Of a DNA stretch of 64,000 nucleotides, positions 62,570 to 64,000 are shown one piece after another. The notes under the pieces were generated by a model that did no database searches, was not told the origin of the DNA, and was given only the letters and a program-made list of their open reading frames with translations. The DNA is from Chiloscyllium plagiosum (lineage: Eukaryota). Every line of letters begins with the position of its first letter. The stretch's first letter is position 1. The stretch is taken from the NCBI RefSeq assembly GCF_004010195.1, contig NC_057719.1, forward strand, positions 749,417 through 813,416, written 5' to 3'. The translations under genes were made by a program, and so were the position numbers.

Positions 62570-64000
62570 ATCCAAGAGTCACTTAAATGTCCGTGATGTC
62601 TCTGACTCTACTCCCACCGTTGGCAATGCATTACACACACCCACCACTCTCTGAGTAAAGAACCGACCTCTGACATCTCCCATAAACCTTCCACCAATCA
62701 CCTTAAAATTATACTCCCTTGTGACAGCCATTTCTGCCCTGGGAAAAAGTCTCTGGCTATCCACTCTATCTCTGCCTCCCAACATCTTGTACACCTCGAT
62801 CAAGTCACCTCTCATCCTCCTCCACTCCAATGAGAAAAGCCCTAGCTCTCTCAACCTTTCTTCATAAGACACACCCTCCAGTCCAGGCAGCTTCCTTGGA
62901 AAGCTCCTCCGCACCCTGTCCAAAGCTTCCACATCCTTCCTATAATGAGGTGAACAGAACTGAACACAATATTCCAAGTGTGGTCTAACCAGGGCTCTAT
63001 AGAGCTGCAGCATAACCTCGCGGCTCTTAAACTCAATTCCCCTGTTAATGAAAGCCAACACACCGTACACCTTCTTAACAACCCTATCAGCCTGGGTGCC
63101 AACTTTGAGGGATCTATGCAAGATCTCTCTATTCCTCCACACCGCCAAGAATCCTGCCTTTAACCCTGGGTAATCTGCATTCAAATTTGACCTTCCAAAG
63201 TGAATGGCATCACACTTTTCCAGGTTGAATTCCATCTGCCACTTATCAGCCCAGCTCTGCATCCTGTCAATGTCCCATTACAACCTACAACAGCCCTCCC
63301 ACACTATCCACCACTCCGCCAACCTTCGTGTCATCGGCAGACTTACTAACCCACCCTTCCACTTCTTCATCCCAGTCATTTATAAAAATCACAAAGAGCA
63401 GAAGTCCCAGAACAGATCCGTGCAGAACACCGAGCTCCAGGCTGAATACTTTCCTCGCTTTTCAAAGTTTTCAGCACATCCTCCTTCCTAACATCAACCT
63501 GTTTGAGCATATCAGCCTGTTTCACGCTGTCCTCAAACAACAAGGCCCCTCTCAGAAGTGAATACTGAAGCAAAGTATTCATTAAGGATCTCCCCTACCT
63601 TCTCCAACTCCAGGCACAAGTTCCCTCCACTACCCCTGATAGGCCCAACCCTCACTCTGGCCAACCTCTTGTTCCTCATAAGTGTTGAATGCCTTAGGGT
63701 TTTCCTTGATCCTACCTGCTAAAGCTTTTTCATGCCCCCTTCTCACTCTCCTAAGTCCATTCTTCAGTTCCTTCCTGGCTACCTTGTAACCCACTAGAAC
63801 CCTGTCTGATCTTTGCCTCCTCAACCTAAGTAAGCTTCCTTCTTCCTCTTGACTAGATGTTTCAGATCCCTTGTCCCCCAAAGTTCCATCACCCTACCAT
63901 CCCTTCCTTGCCTCAGTGGGACAAACCTGCCCAGCACTATCAGCAAGTGCTCCCTAAACAACCTCCACATTTCTCTCATGCATTTCCCTGAGAAAATCTG
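62570..64000 (-). mobile_element. CR1 ORF2 fragments with an internal deletion, running off the window end
   Basis: ORF 62579-63262 WADKWQMEFN...[19 protein letters not shown] further right. Confidence 0.92.

Overview
Vertebrate genomic DNA, not prokaryotic, almost certainly from a shark or other elasmobranch (HE1-type V-SINEs, HER1/CR1 LINEs, a 69-bp minisatellite I recognise from shark assemblies), with six N-gaps. Most of the window is interspersed repeats: many CR1 fragments including one near-complete decayed copy (~18.1-21.7 kb), a second CR1/L2-group LINE, Rex1/Babar, Tx1, Penelope-like elements and SINEs, plus several tandem arrays, the largest a ~6.4-kb 20-bp satellite. The only convincing host-gene signal is a promoter and short first coding exon at ~26.7-27.1 kb (+; MDREELLKR-R, strong Kozak, GTGAGT donor). 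I cannot name the gene, and everything downstream is probably its first intron. The most interesting hidden system is a set of about nine minimal hammerhead-ribozyme motifs (CTGANGA-stem-GAAACGTH) in three sequence families. They ride on Penelope-like elements and short derivatives that insert with 10-14 bp target-site duplications and inverted arms. Penelope hammerheads are a known class, but nothing in the ORF track shows them. Nearly all listed ORFs are TE remnants, satellite read-throughs or gap artefacts. Repeat boundaries were read by eye and are approximate unless a TSD is given.
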